Part shown: in pieces, positions 12,655 to 24,825 of the stretch
How positions within the stretch are numbered: position 1 is the first letter of the stretch
Layout: each line of letters opens with the position of its first letter
Assembly (NCBI RefSeq): GCF_006345805.1
Contig: NC_043013.1
Location: 43,896,001 to 43,960,000, forward strand
Direction of reading: 5' to 3'
Length of the DNA: 64,000 bases
Origin: Octopus sinensis
Lineage: Eukaryota
The notes under the pieces: model-generated
Databases searched by the model: none
Told to the model about the DNA's origin: nothing
Seen by the model: the letters and a program-made list of their open reading frames with translations, nothing else
Translations under genes and position numbers: made by a program

Positions 12655-13235
12655 TGTCTCGAGTTCAAATTCTGCTGAGGTCGACTTTGCCCTTAATCCT
12701 TTAGTAGAACATGAAACAAGTACCTGTTAAGTACAGGGGTCAATGTAATCGACTTATCTCCTCCCCCAAATTTCAGGCTTTGTGCCTATAGTAGAAAGGA
12801 TTAGTATTATTATTAAAGCAGTGAGATGACAGAATGGTTAGCATGCCAGGCAAAATGCTTAGTGGTATTTTGCCTGTCGTCATGTTCTGAGTTCAAATTC
12901 TGCCAAGACTGATTTTGCCTTTAATCCTTTCAGGGTCGATAATATAAGTACCATTCGAGCAATAGGTTTGATATAATCGAATTAACCATCTCCCTAAAAT
13001 GGCTGGCCTTGTGCCAAAATTTGAAATCATTATTATTGATAATAAGACAAGCTAGCAGAATCATTTTGACACTAGGCAAAATGTTTAGCAGAATTTCATC
13101 CATCTCTGCATTCTGAGTTCAAATTCTGCTGAGGTTGACTTTGCCTTTCATCCTTTCTGGGTTGAGCATTGAGATCGATGTAATTGACTCACCCCTCCCC
13201 TGAAGTTGCTATCCTTGTGCTAAAATTTGAAATCA

Positions 13236-13289
<54 letters not shown>

Positions 13290-13290
13290 T
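12655..13290 (+). mobile_element. Cluster of three SINE-B copies with (ATT)n tails
   Basis: Three successive gagttcaaattctg...gactttgcc cores (about 12660, 12890, 13115) separated by (ATT)n. Confidence 0.8.
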
Positions 13291-13727
13291 TCTTTTGCAA
13301 ACTTGAAGCTTTCTGCTATTAAAGTTGATTCTAAATTCACTACACCAACTCAAATTGTAAAATTGGTTGGCAGTTACACTATTTCGAAGATCTCGCTTAA
13401 GATAAGTGATCTGAAAAGAACTAAAATGGTAACTTTATTAAGTCCTTCATAATGATTTTAAAGAAAAAGATCACTTTTATTTATTTATGTTACTTTAAGA
13501 TGTTTTTAACTACGTCAAAGTAACTAATCTTTGTATAAATTTCCTATATTAAACTGAACGTTATTTACTTTGGAAACATATTTAATTGATAATCAATTAA
13601 CTGTTAGTTTAAGTGTTTTAATTAACTGTTATTTTAGCTTGTGCTACATGGATCATATACGTGCCCATTTTGTATTTGCCTTTTTGTGACTCTTGTTACA
13701 TAATAATTACATTAGTGATTCATATAA

Positions 13728-13932
13728 GGTGGCGAGCTGGCACACCAGGCGAAATGCTTAGCGGTATTTCGTCTGCCATTATGTCCTGAGTTCAAATTCC
13801 ACCGAGGTCGACTTTGCCTTTCATCCTTTTGGTGTTGAGTAAATAAGTACCAGTTATGTGCTGGGGGTCGATGTAATCGACTCAATCCCTTTGCCTGTCC
13901 TTGTTTGCCCCCTGTGGGCAATAAGGAAATAA
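13728..13932 (+). mobile_element. SINE-B with about 24-bp target-site duplication
   Basis: Flanks ataattacatt(a)agtgattcatata at 13703-13726 and 13933-13957. Confidence 0.9.
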
Positions 13933-14221
13933 ATAATTACATTAAGTGATTCATATATTTCGTCTGAGGAAAAAGACAGGATTGTCACATTGTTGGTTAG
14001 AGGTCTGAGACAGGTGTGGATCTAAAGAACAAAAACCATAACAAATGAATCTATTTGCTAATGACATTATGTATGAATTCTGAATTTGTGTCCTAAAATA
14101 GACATTTAGAGATTTACCCAGTGACTGGGTAAAAGATCAGTTATTCTGTGAAAACATTGTTGGTGACATAAGATACAGATTATATGTGTCTTGAATGGGA
14201 TCCTTTGCTTATTTGAGATTG

Positions 14222-14545
14222 GGAAGGTGGAAGCCTAGTACTTATTCTATCAGTCTCTTTTGCCAAACCACTAAGTTACAAGGATGTAAACACACCAGCA
14301 TCGGTTGTCAAGCGATGTTTGGGGGACAAACACAGACACACAAAGGTATACACACACATATATATATATATATACATATATACAATGGGCTTCTTTCAGT
14401 TTCCGTCTATCAAATCCACTCACAAAGCTTTGGTCAGCCCAAGGCTATAGCAGAAGACACTTGCCCAAAGTGCCACGCAGTGGGACTGAACCTGGAACCA
14501 TGTGGTTGGTAAGCAAACTAGTTACCACACAGCCACTCCTACGCC
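14222..14545 (-). mobile_element. CORE-type SINE-A, 3' truncated
   Basis: Head, CORE and internal microsatellite present. Confidence 0.85.
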
Positions 14546-15642
14546 AAAAGAATTCGAACTCAGAACATAAAGCTGGAAGTAATACTACAAAGCATTTTGT
14601 CTAGTATGCTAAAGATTCTACCAGCTCAACTCCTTATCACTATTAACAATATTAACAAAAAGAGCCTTTGTGCTAGAAATATCTCTCATGGCAGACTGAT
14701 CATTGTTGAAAATGGAAGGACACATTAGACAGTGTAATCTCACATAACCCTAAAAAATGGGGATATTGTGTCTGGAATGCCTTTGATGACCTAGGGTTAA
14801 ATAACAAGAATAATAATACAAACAAAACAAATTCTAAGCGGATGCCACAAAGTGGTCTCTGGACTTACAAGAAATAGCAGCTAAACCTCTCTCAAATCAC
14901 CTTAAGAAAGTGAACCTGGACTTAAACAACAACAACAATGGTAGTAGAAACAGCAACAACAAACAACAATAACCTCACTAACTGAAGACCTCTGGGTTCA
15001 TCCCACCACCACCACTATTCTACTACTGCTGACAACTACATGAATGGGATTTCAAGTACCTTGCCTGTCTCCTCTCAGCACACCATCTGGTCCCACTTCA
15101 GGTTACTACTGTCAAAATCATCCAACCATGAAGCAGTGGCTCCACTCAAAGCTTTTTGAGGGTCACTGAATGTCATCTGTCTATCTCTCTCTCTCTCACA
15201 CACACACACATACACACTACTTCTACATACTTGCTACATTCTTTTATTATATCCCTAGTTTCATTCATTGCACTGCTGTCATATATTAGGGTTCTGCCTT
15301 CAAGGTTTTAGCCAAATCATATTGCCCACAAACAGTATTTATTTCAGTACAGTATATTTCATGAATTTTTTTTTGCTTCCACATACTCTGTTATGGGATA
15401 CACTGCATGCACACACGCATGTACACACACACTACGAACTTTTGCAGTATCCCCCAAACAAATTCAAGACAAGACACAGGAGGACTGAATCCACAATTTA
15501 ACTACATGACTCATAAATATATGGAGTCATAGAGTTAAAAAGACTGGAAAACAACACAAAATCCACCAGTCTCTGTCTGTCTCTCTCTCATATATAAATA
15601 TATATATATATATTGGAAGGTTTGGAGATGATGTACAGGCAT

Positions 15643-15949
15643 TATATATTAGAAGAAATGAGGTACTCAGAAATTCGGATGGTTTTATATTTACAGATAT
15701 TTATTTGTATATTATATGTTTTTTTACATCATATAGCTTAGATCATATATTAGCACTTTCTCCCATTCTAGTGGGGTATATATATATACAAAGGAATTAA
15801 TTTGATTTGAAAACTCCACTAGAATGGGAGAAAGCGCTAATAATCTGAATGATATGATATATATATATGTAAAAAATGTAATATATAAATAAATATCTAT
15901 AAATATGAACCATCCGATCTTCTGATTACCTCATTTCTTCTAATATATA
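15643..15949. repeat. Long inverted-repeat hairpin, Penelope-like
   Basis: Arms about 15643-15775 and 15806-15949 (agaagaaatgaggta / tacctcatttcttct; tttctcccattctagtgg / ccactagaatgggagaaa). Confidence 0.75.
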
Positions 15950-15957
15950 TATATATA

Positions 15958-16816
15958 TCATCATCATCATCATCATCGTTTAGCGTCCGTTTTCCATGCT
16001 AGCATGGGTTGGACGGTTCTATGGGGTCTGTGAAGCCAGAAGGCTTCATCAGGCCCAGTCAAATCTGGCAGTGTTTCTACGGCTGGATGCCCTTCCTAAC
16101 GCCAACTGAGTGTAGTGGGTGCTTTTTACGTGCTACCCCACTGGTGCCAGACAGAGCTGGCAACGGCCACGAACGATGGTGCTTTTTATGTGCCACCGGC
16201 ACTAGGGCCAGGCGAGGCTGGCAACAGACATGAAACGGGGCGGTGCTGGCAACGGTCGCGAAACGGAAAGTTCTCTTACATGCCACCGGCACTGGTAACA
16301 CATCTGCAATTTCCATTGATCGATTTCCATTGATCGATTTCGATTCTGATCCTCACTTGCCTCAACGGGTCTTCACAAGCAGAGTTTTGACATGCCACGG
16401 CACTGGTAGCACATCCGCAATTTCCATTGATCGATTTCGATCTGATCCTCACTTGCCTCAACACGTCTTCACAAGTAGAGTTTTGTGTCCCAAGAAGGGA
16501 AGGTATGCATACGTAGGCTGGCTCCATCCCTGTAGAAGGCCACGGGTTATGGACTACTTGTCCTGCCGGGTCTTCTCGTGCACAGCACCTTCCAGAGGTC
16601 TCGGTCTCTAGTCATTTCCTCAGTGAGACCTAAAGTTCGAAGGTCGTGCTTCACCACCTCGTCCCAGGTTTTCCTGGGTCTGCCTCTTCCACAGGTTCCC
16701 TCAACCGCTAGGGTGTGGCACTTTTTCACACAACTATCTTCATCCATTCTCGCCACATGACCATACCAGCGCAAACGTCTCTCTTGCACACCACAACTGA
16801 TGCTTCTTAGGTCCAT
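15958..16816 (-). mobile_element. RTE-clade LINE 3' end: RT C-terminus (16547-16816), about 590-bp 3' UTR, (TGA)n tail
   Basis: Peptide QERRLRWYGHVARMDEDSCVKKCHTLAVEGTCGRGRPRKTWDEVVKHDLRTLGL carries the RLRWYGHV.RM and GRGRPRKTW motifs of RTE ORFs. Confidence 0.92.
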
Positions 16817-17084
16817 ATATATATATATATATATATATACATACATACATACATATATAAAGGGGTTTGTATGGTTGTGTATAGAGGGATATATATTATT
16901 CAAAGGAATTCCAGCACTGTCTGTTTTTTATGTTTTATTTATATTCTTTATAATATTAATGTAGAATATAGAATATATAGTAAAATGAAATGAAGTATTG
17001 ATTGTCTTATTGAATAGATGAAATACTGAATATCAAATATTAAGGGACTAGAATACTTTCTTGCATTTAAGCAGACTTCAAGGT

Positions 17085-17670
17085 CCTAGGTTGTGACAAC
17101 TGTGGTTGACTGACTGTCTTTTGTCCTTTATATATGTTCCTGTGGACAGCAGTAGTAGTTGTTTGGCTATTTTTAGAAATGATGCCAAACCATTTTTCAA
17201 TGTTTATTTGTAGAAATAATGACAGCAGTACCTTTTAGAGATTTTTTGTGTTTTAGTTATAGGGATATGAGTTTTAGACCCCAAATTTAATCATTGTTTG
17301 TTAAGCTTGGGTTTGAATTTCTTAATAAAGTCCTTTTCTCTCAATTTCCTTCAGGTTGTAAAGTTTATGAAATGGGAATATCATAAAAGTTTTCTCGCCA
17401 CATGTTGCCAGATGGTTACTCAGTGGTATTTTGCGAACTTCTGGGTTTTAAATTTGTTGTCGATGCACATGCGAGCATTCTGATAGCGCATTACCTGTCT
17501 GGCTAAATACAGTTCTTCCCAATTTCATAAACTTTACAACCTGAATGAAATTGAGAGAAAAGGACTTTATTAAGAAACTCAAACCCAAGTTTAACAAACA
17601 ATGTATTCAGGGTCTAAAAATCTTATCCCTATAACTAAAACACAAACAATCTCTAAAAAGTGGCTATTAT
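17085..17670 (-). mobile_element. Penelope-like element 3' end (degenerate GIY-YIG C-terminus) with inverted terminal duplication
   Basis: Homologous to 40495-41160; arms about 17240-17380 and 17515-17660 are reverse complements. Confidence 0.8.
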
Positions 17671-17764
17671 TATATTCATTTAGCTGTTAAACATAAATAA
17701 ATCTTGGAATTAAATGATTTTGATTTACTGTCAGGTGACTTTTGGACAACCCTGTATATGGCTG

Positions 17765-18105
17765 ATGTATTAAAGGATGACACCTCAGACTGTTGAACCT
17801 TTTAGATAAGATGACAAAGGACCAAGATACCTGGTGCCTTGCTTTATTTAAGAAGATCCATCCTTCACAGCAGAAGTGCTAAGGCTGTATTCCCTGGTGA
17901 AGAGAAGAGGCTTGCAAGAGTCTTGTGTGGCTGGCAGTGCCATGTGGGAAGCACCCAGCACACACTCTAAAGTGGTTGGTCATAGGAAGGGCAACCAAGC
18001 ATGGAAACAAAGCCAAATCAAACCAGAACCTGGCTTGCCAGTTTTGATCAAATTGTCCAACCCACAACAGCATGAAAATGGTTGTTAAAGATGATGTTGA
18101 TGATC
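17765..18105 (+). mobile_element. Older copy of the same RTE 3' end
   Basis: Degenerate ..LRLLNL..MTKDQDTWC peptide and the UTR ending catgaaaatggttgttaaagatgatgttgatgat. Confidence 0.6.
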
Positions 18106-18929
18106 ACACACACACACACACGTTCTCAGCAGCAGCAGCATGTATGTACAAATAACCAAATAACCATGCTAAGACGGGGAAGAAAGACAAATTTTTGTGT
18201 TGTACAAGACAACTTCTCTAGTACTGGTGGTGTGATAAAATGCCCCTTGCCTGTTCTGTAAAAGAATGATAATAATGCTGATGATTACAAAACAAACACA
18301 CACACACGTTTATGCACATAAGCAACAATCTCATAAATTTATATGTGAAGACTACTCATAAATATAACAAACACACACACACACACAAAACATTAAAGCT
18401 ACTGCACATAAAAGAAAGATGGTTACTAAGAATTTCAAAGTTAATGATCTTGTATATTTAAGTGTGAAATAAAAACTGTTGAATAAGCATATTAACGACA
18501 GAAAAACCATTTGTTTCGGTTGAAAAATGCCACAGTATATATAAGGATCGGCTGGCATTCAGCCTCCAGGCATTTTAAAATATTTCAACAAAAATTCTGA
18601 TTTATGATGTCAAAAACACTGAATGTGAGATGCACGTTAGCAACAGAGTCTTGCTTTGTTTGGAATGTGCAGCATTCTGCAAATATTTTAATCTGTAGTG
18701 AGAAAAAAGATATTAAGCTCTGTATGGGTATTTAAGAGAATTCCTAAGAGGCAATATATTAATTTTCTCTGAAATGCAAACAAATGCCATAGTCATCATT
18801 ATCTGATATGAAAAAGCATGTTTTGATATCAGCCAAATAATTTTACACTTTCTGATGTTGATATTTTTTAACAATGAATTGTACTTTAGTAAACTTCCAG
18901 GATTTCAAAGAATATATTGATGTATATAT

Positions 18930-19292
18930 AGGCGTAGGAGTGGCTGTGTGGTAAGTAGCTTGCTTACGAACCACATGGTTCCAGGTTCAATCCCACTGCG
19001 TCGCACCAAAGTCTTGTGAGTGGATTTGGTAGACGGAAACTGAAAGAAACCCATCGTATATATGTATATACATATATATGTGTGTGTATATGTTTGTGTG
19101 ACTGTGTTCCTCCCAACATCGCTTGACAACCGATGCTGGTGTGTTTACATCCCCATAACTTAGCAGTTTGGCAAAAGAGACTGATAAAATAAGTACTAGG
19201 CTTACAAAGAATAAGCCTGGGGTCGATTTGCTCGACTGAAGGTGGTGCTCCAGCATAGCCACAGTCAAATGACTGAAACAAGTAAAAGAGTA
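18930..19292 (+). mobile_element. CORE-type SINE-A with internal deletion
   Basis: Head and tail intact, CORE segment shortened. Confidence 0.85.
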
Positions 19293-19863
19293 TTGACTGA
19301 ATTTTAACTTAAAGGGATTCTCAGTCAACTGAATATAATCCTTAGAAACTGAATTATTTGTTGCAAATGTTTTTGAACAATAAACTATCATTTTTCAAAA
19401 TATAAAGTATTTAATCTTTTTGAAACCAATCCCTCTCAGACAGTTTCTGGTTCTAGAATGCAAATTTTGAGTTTTAAATAAATCTGAATTAAAACCATTC
19501 ACTAAAATTTCATGTTATTTCATGTTCCAAACACCGGATTAATAACGGTTTCAAATTTTGTCTCAAGGTCAGCAACTTTGGGGGACGAGTTAAGTCAATC
19601 ATATTAACCCCAGTGTTCAACTGGTACTTATTTTATTGATTCTGATTGGATGAAAAGCAAAGCTGACCTTGATGAACTTTGAATTCAGAATGTAAAGACA
19701 GGCAAAACGCTTCTTGGCATTTTGTCCAGTGGGCAAACATTCTGCCAGCTCAATGACAAAATTATTGTACTGCAGTCTTCGTTGTTTTCCAAATTAATTA
19801 AAATAAAAGCAATGTATTTCATTAGAAATAGGAAAAAAGGTGAATAGAAATTAACAGAGTTAA

Positions 19864-20483
19864 CCCTTTACAATTTAAACTGGCCATAGGCACAGGAGTG
19901 GCTGTGTGGTAAGTAGCTTGCTTACCAACCTCATGGTTCCGGGTTCATTTCCACTGCGTGGCATCTTGGGCAAGTGTCTTCTACTATAGCTTCAGGCCAA
20001 CCAAAACCCTGTGAGTGGATTTGGTAGACGGAAACTGAAAGAAGCCTGTCGTATATATGTATATATATATATGTGTGTGTGTCTGTGTTTGTCCCCCTAG
20101 CATTGCTTGACAACCGATGCTGGTGTGTTTACGTCCCCGTCACTTAGCGGTTCAGCAAAGAGACCGATAGAATAAGTACTGGGCTTACAAAGAATAAGTC
20201 CCGGGGTCGATTTGCTCGACTAAAGGCGGTACTCCAGCATGGCTGCAGTCAAATGACTGAAACAAGTAAAAGAGTAAAGAGTAATATCTGGTATAAATAT
20301 TCTACCTGGTTTATGTTAAAACCCGGCTAGATATAGCCTCTCACCTCTACCCGACAATGTTATTTCACAAACAAACAATTACGCCACTGAAATAACAAAG
20401 CTATGAGATAATGCAGGATTAATTCGAACACAATGAGAATAAATAAGCATTACATTTGACAGAATAATCTGAATGCCAAAGGG
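19864..20483. mobile_element. piggyBac-type MITE (family 2) interrupted by a full-length SINE-A (19889-20283)
   Basis: TTAA|CCCTTT ... AAAGGG|TTAA; a degenerate uninterrupted relative lies at 38508-38722. Confidence 0.8.
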
Positions 20484-20551
20484 TTAAAATAATTGCATGA
20501 CTAGAAAAAATCTGATATAGATAGTTATTTAAAGATTTTACCTATCAAGGT

Positions 20552-21775
20552 TTAGGCGGAGGTGTGGCTGTGTGGTAAGGAAGGTGGCGAGCTGGCAGAA
20601 GTGTTAGCACGCCAGGCGAAATGCTTAGCGGTATTTCGTCTGCCGTTACGTTGTGAGTTCAAATTCCGCCGAGGTCGACTTTGCCTTTCATCCTTTCGGG
20701 GTCGATAAATTAAGTACCAGTTAAGCACTGGGGTCGATATAATCGACTTAATACCTATGTCTGTCCATGTTTGTCCCCTCTGTGTTTAGCCCCTTGTGGG
20801 TAATAAAGAAATAGGTATTTCGTCTGCCTCCACCAAGGTCGACTTTGCCTTTCATCCTTTCGGGGTCGATAAATAAAGTACAAGTTATGCACTGGGGTCG
20901 ATGTAATCGACTTAATCCCTTTGTCTGTCCTTGTTTGTCCCCTCTATGTTTAGCCCCTTGTGGGCAATAAAGAAATAAGGAGCTTGCTTCTCAATCACAT
21001 GGTCCTGGGTTCAGTCCCACTGTGTGGCACTTTGGGCAAGTGTCTTCTACTGTCGCCTTGTGAGTGGATTGTTGTGTATATGTATATATATATATATGTT
21101 TGTTTGTGTGTGTGTGTCCTTGTACCTGTGTTTGTCTCTCTACCACAGCTTGACAACCAGTGTTGGTGTGTTTACATCTCTGTATTTTAGTGATTTGGCA
21201 AAAATATCAATAGAATAGGCATAGGAGTGGCTATGTGGTAAGTAGCTTGCTTACCAACCATATGGTTCTGGGTTTGGTCCCAATGCGTGGCATCTTGGGC
21301 AAGTGTCTTCTACTATAGCTTTGGGCTGACCAAAGCCTTGTGTGTAGATTTGGTAGACGGAAATTGAAAGAAGCCTATCGTATATATGTATATATATATG
21401 TATATATGTATGTGCATGTATATGTTTGTGTGTCTGTGTTTGTTCCCCCAACATTGCTTGACAACCAATGGTGGTGTGTTTACATCCTTGTAACTTAGTG
21501 GTTCGGCAATAGAGATCGATAGAATAAGTATTAAGCTTCCAGAGAATAAGTCCTGGGGTCAATTTGCTCAACTAAAGGTTGTGCTCCAGCATGGCCACAG
21601 TCAAATGACTAAAACAAGTAAAAGAGTAAAGAGTATATCAGCAAAAGAGACTGATGGAATAACAACCAGGTTTCAAAGATAAGTACCGGGATTGATTTTC
21701 TTCCATCTAAATCCTTCAAGGCATTGCCCCAGCATGGACACAGTCCAATGACTGAAACAAGTAAAAGATGAGAGA
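20552..21775 (+). mobile_element. Nested SINE stack: SINE-A head interrupted by a dimeric SINE-B (20583-20978), then a second full SINE-A (21218-21635) and a further 3' piece
   Basis: gtgtggtaaggaa|ggtggcgag ... aaagaaataagga|gcttgcttctc rejoins the SINE-A head; taagga is duplicated. Confidence 0.8.
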
Positions 21776-22307
21776 TAAGTAAAAACTGAGTCAGATTGTA
21801 CCTGGGTGCTCATGTACACAAACCATACACGAATATCAGTGTGTCTGCATGATATTCGTGTTCATATTTTTTTTTAGGCAGTTGTATTCACATCCACACT
21901 TTGTATAAAAACATAAATATTCAGTATTACTGTTATTCACTGGCATTGAATAAAATGTCTCCTAAAATTAGCTCAATCATTAGTGACGGAAATACATGCT
22001 ACATAAACAGATACACATGCATATATATATATTCCTCACTCTGTAATGACACTTACACTGGCAGTTTAATTACTGCCTTCATTTGAACTGTATTCTGTAT
22101 ATTATATAAATTATTTAGCTGAGCTCACAGCATGTGGTATTAATAGATAAACATTTTAATAGGAAGGCATCAGATATTCTGCCTACCAAACATTAAAAAC
22201 TGGCCATTTACTGAATTGCACATTGAATTCCAAGCTTTTAATGAGTATCTTTTTTTATTTTATGAATTAAAAATTATTTACATTTTTATTTAATAATTTA
22301 TATTTGC

Positions 22308-22800
22308 AGTTCAGACAAGTGAAGAAGTTTAAATATCTTGGGGCTGTATTCACAAGTGAGATGAGAAGCAGAAGGCTGAATTGATTCCAGAATTTCAGAT
22401 GGTGGCTTAGTAATGCACAGCTCCAGTATTCAGTCTCCAGAAGAGGAGAGATTGGTTAAAAAGCCAAACTCACTATTTTTAATTCAGATTTTGTGCCTCT
22501 CCTCACTTATGATCACTGAAAGTTTGGTAATGACCGAAAGAATATAACTGCAAATACAAGTGGCCAAAATGAGGTCACAGCTTTGATACAATGGACACAT
22601 GATTAGAATGTTGCAGGAAGGAATCATAAGACATATTCTTCAAGCTGAGTCAAGAAGCAGGAAACCTGAGGGTAGACCAAGTACAAGATGATTAGATAAT
22701 ACCTATATTATCTCAGTTGGTTGATGGTAGCTTCTGATAGGACCCTATGGAAGGGGTACATGAGGACTCTACCCCTGTGACCCTCCCAAGAATAGTAGGT
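22308..22800 (+). mobile_element. Degenerate RTE-type LINE RT remnant (separate, old family)
   Basis: Frameshifted VKKFKYLGAVFTSE...AKLTIF.S.FVPLLTY.H.SLVMTER...NGHMIRM...GRPSTR. Confidence 0.7.
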
Positions 22801-22974
22801 GGAGAAGATGGATGGAATTTAGGTGGGCTAGACACTGCCTATCTTGCCCCAAGTTAGGTAGACAGCGCCTATCTGTCTAGGCAAGCAAGATAGGGAGATA
22901 GCACACCTCTTATCTAAAACATGGGATGTTTATGGTTGAAATGGACTGTCTTTGATTACAGATCTGCTCAATCA

Positions 22975-24054
22975 TCCAATACATAAATGGTAATTTCTGT
23001 CTGTCTGATCTGTCTATCTGTCTGTTACCATCTTTGCTGTCTACACCAACAAACCAATCTTGACGAAATTTTGCGTACATATTAAACTAACATCCAGTTC
23101 AATTATAGGCTCACTGGATTTCAATGAAAATCTATAATGGGCCCCCTAGTGGGTGCCGTAGTACATGTTTACAAATCACTAACACATCTACTGATATGAA
23201 TTAAGTAAGGCTTCTGTAAGGCTCAACCATGCACTCCATGTAATCAGCATGTGGCCTTTGTGAAAATAACTCAGCATGATGTACGGGTGCTGCATTAAGG
23301 ACACGATCAACTGCAGGATTCATGGATAGGACCTGGAACAAGGTAATGACCAATGACTTGAAAGTTGGTTCACCATGAGGTTAATTTGATGAATTAAATT
23401 GAGCAACATGAGATACAGCCATGCTCTGAAGAGCTACGACATGCAACAATGCCAGCTACAATACGCAGACTATTTGTCAATGTATTTATAAATCTATCTA
23501 TTTATCTAATTTATTTTACTCATATTCATTAGTTAAAATAATATAGAGACATTCCTTATTTACCCACTAATTTAATTAATAGTTTGTAACACCTATTTTT
23601 AACAATAAATTATTACCATAAATGATGGGTTAGGTATAAAAACAGGAACTGAACAAGAAACGGGATAGGACATGAAACAGTGTAATGGTAAATGGGAACT
23701 GGGAATAACCTTCGCTTACCTGGTATTACTGGTCAACTCATTTATTTTACTCAGATGCATATTTGTTTGTTAAATAATATAGGGACATCCCTTGTTCACC
23801 CACTAATCGTATTAATAGTTTGCAATACCTATTTTTAGCAATAAACTATTACCATAAAGGTTAATAAAATATTTAATGGCTTAATTACACCTGATTCTAA
23901 AATTTATTTATTGACATAGGATTGGGGATAGGGATAGGAGCAGAGCTAAAACAGGAAGTGAACAGGGAATGGGATAGGACATGAAGCAGTGAAATGGGAA
24001 CAGGAACTGGGAATACCCATTGCTTTTCTGGGTATTAACAAGTAATTCAGCTAG
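22975..24054 (+). mobile_element. Non-autonomous Helitron with duplicated 3' module
   Basis: A|TC 5' end followed by ctgtctgtc; 3' hairpin aatacccattgcttttctgggtatt then CTAG|T at 24051-24055; internal ..SEELRHATMPATIRRLFV resembles the RepHel linker. Confidence 0.75.
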
Positions 24055-24182
24055 TATATGTATATACAGAAGTGGCCAATCACTGAATGGAATTTTTACT
24101 GTATATACTTTAAAGCATGTTCATTCTTTACAATAAATGTAGGAAGTGATTAATTACTAAATAATTTATAAAACAGAAAAAA

Positions 24183-24428
24183 ATCATCATCATCATCATC
24201 ATTTAACGTCCGCTCTCCATGCTAGCATGGGTTGGACGGTTCAACTGGGGTCTGGGAAGCCAGAAGGCTGCACTGGGCCCAGTCTGATATGGTAGTGTTT
24301 CTACAGCTGGATGCCCTTCCTAACGCCAACCTCTCCGTGAGTGTAGTGGGTGCTTTTTATGTGCCACTGGCACAGGTGACAGACGTGGCTGGCAAATGGC
24401 CATGATTGGATGGTGCTTTTTACTTGCG
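24183..24428 (-). mobile_element. RTE 3' UTR copy
   Basis: (CAT)n plus ttaacgtccgctctccatgctagcatgggttggacgg. Confidence 0.85.
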
Positions 24429-24439
24429 TTTTATGTTTA

Positions 24440-24825
24440 TTTAAAAAGTACAAGATGGACAAAATTAGAAAATGTGTGACATAAATTCAAGAAATAAAAA
24501 TTTTGCCAGAAACTTTTACAATCCACATCAATAGATGAGGTGTGTACATTCCTTTATTTTTAACGACTTCAACACATCTCCGTCCACAGGATTTGGCCAA
24601 TTTCTCACATTGTTCTTGATGTAATTTTATTCCATTCATCCTGAAGCTTTTCCCACAAATTCATAAACATTCGGAAGTCAGTGCTCTCTGATCTTATCAC
24701 CAAGTATCTTTTATAAGTTTTCAATGGGACTAGGGTTGGGGCTCTGAGCTGGCCAACACATCACAGTAATGTTTTCAATTTCAAACACCTCCTTAACTAT
24801 CTCAGCACTGTGACATGGCACATTA
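24440..24825 (-). mobile_element. Tc1 transposase remnant (D34E spacing)
   Basis: DNVPCHSAEIVKEVFEIENITVMCWPAQSPNPSPIENL*; 34 residues between D and E; cut at 24825 by the Helitron. Confidence 0.85.

Noticed and set aside
13290-13412. Minus-strand exon candidate ([22 protein letters not shown]...)
   Set aside because: It has a good acceptor but no convincing donor, and the peptide is unrecognised.
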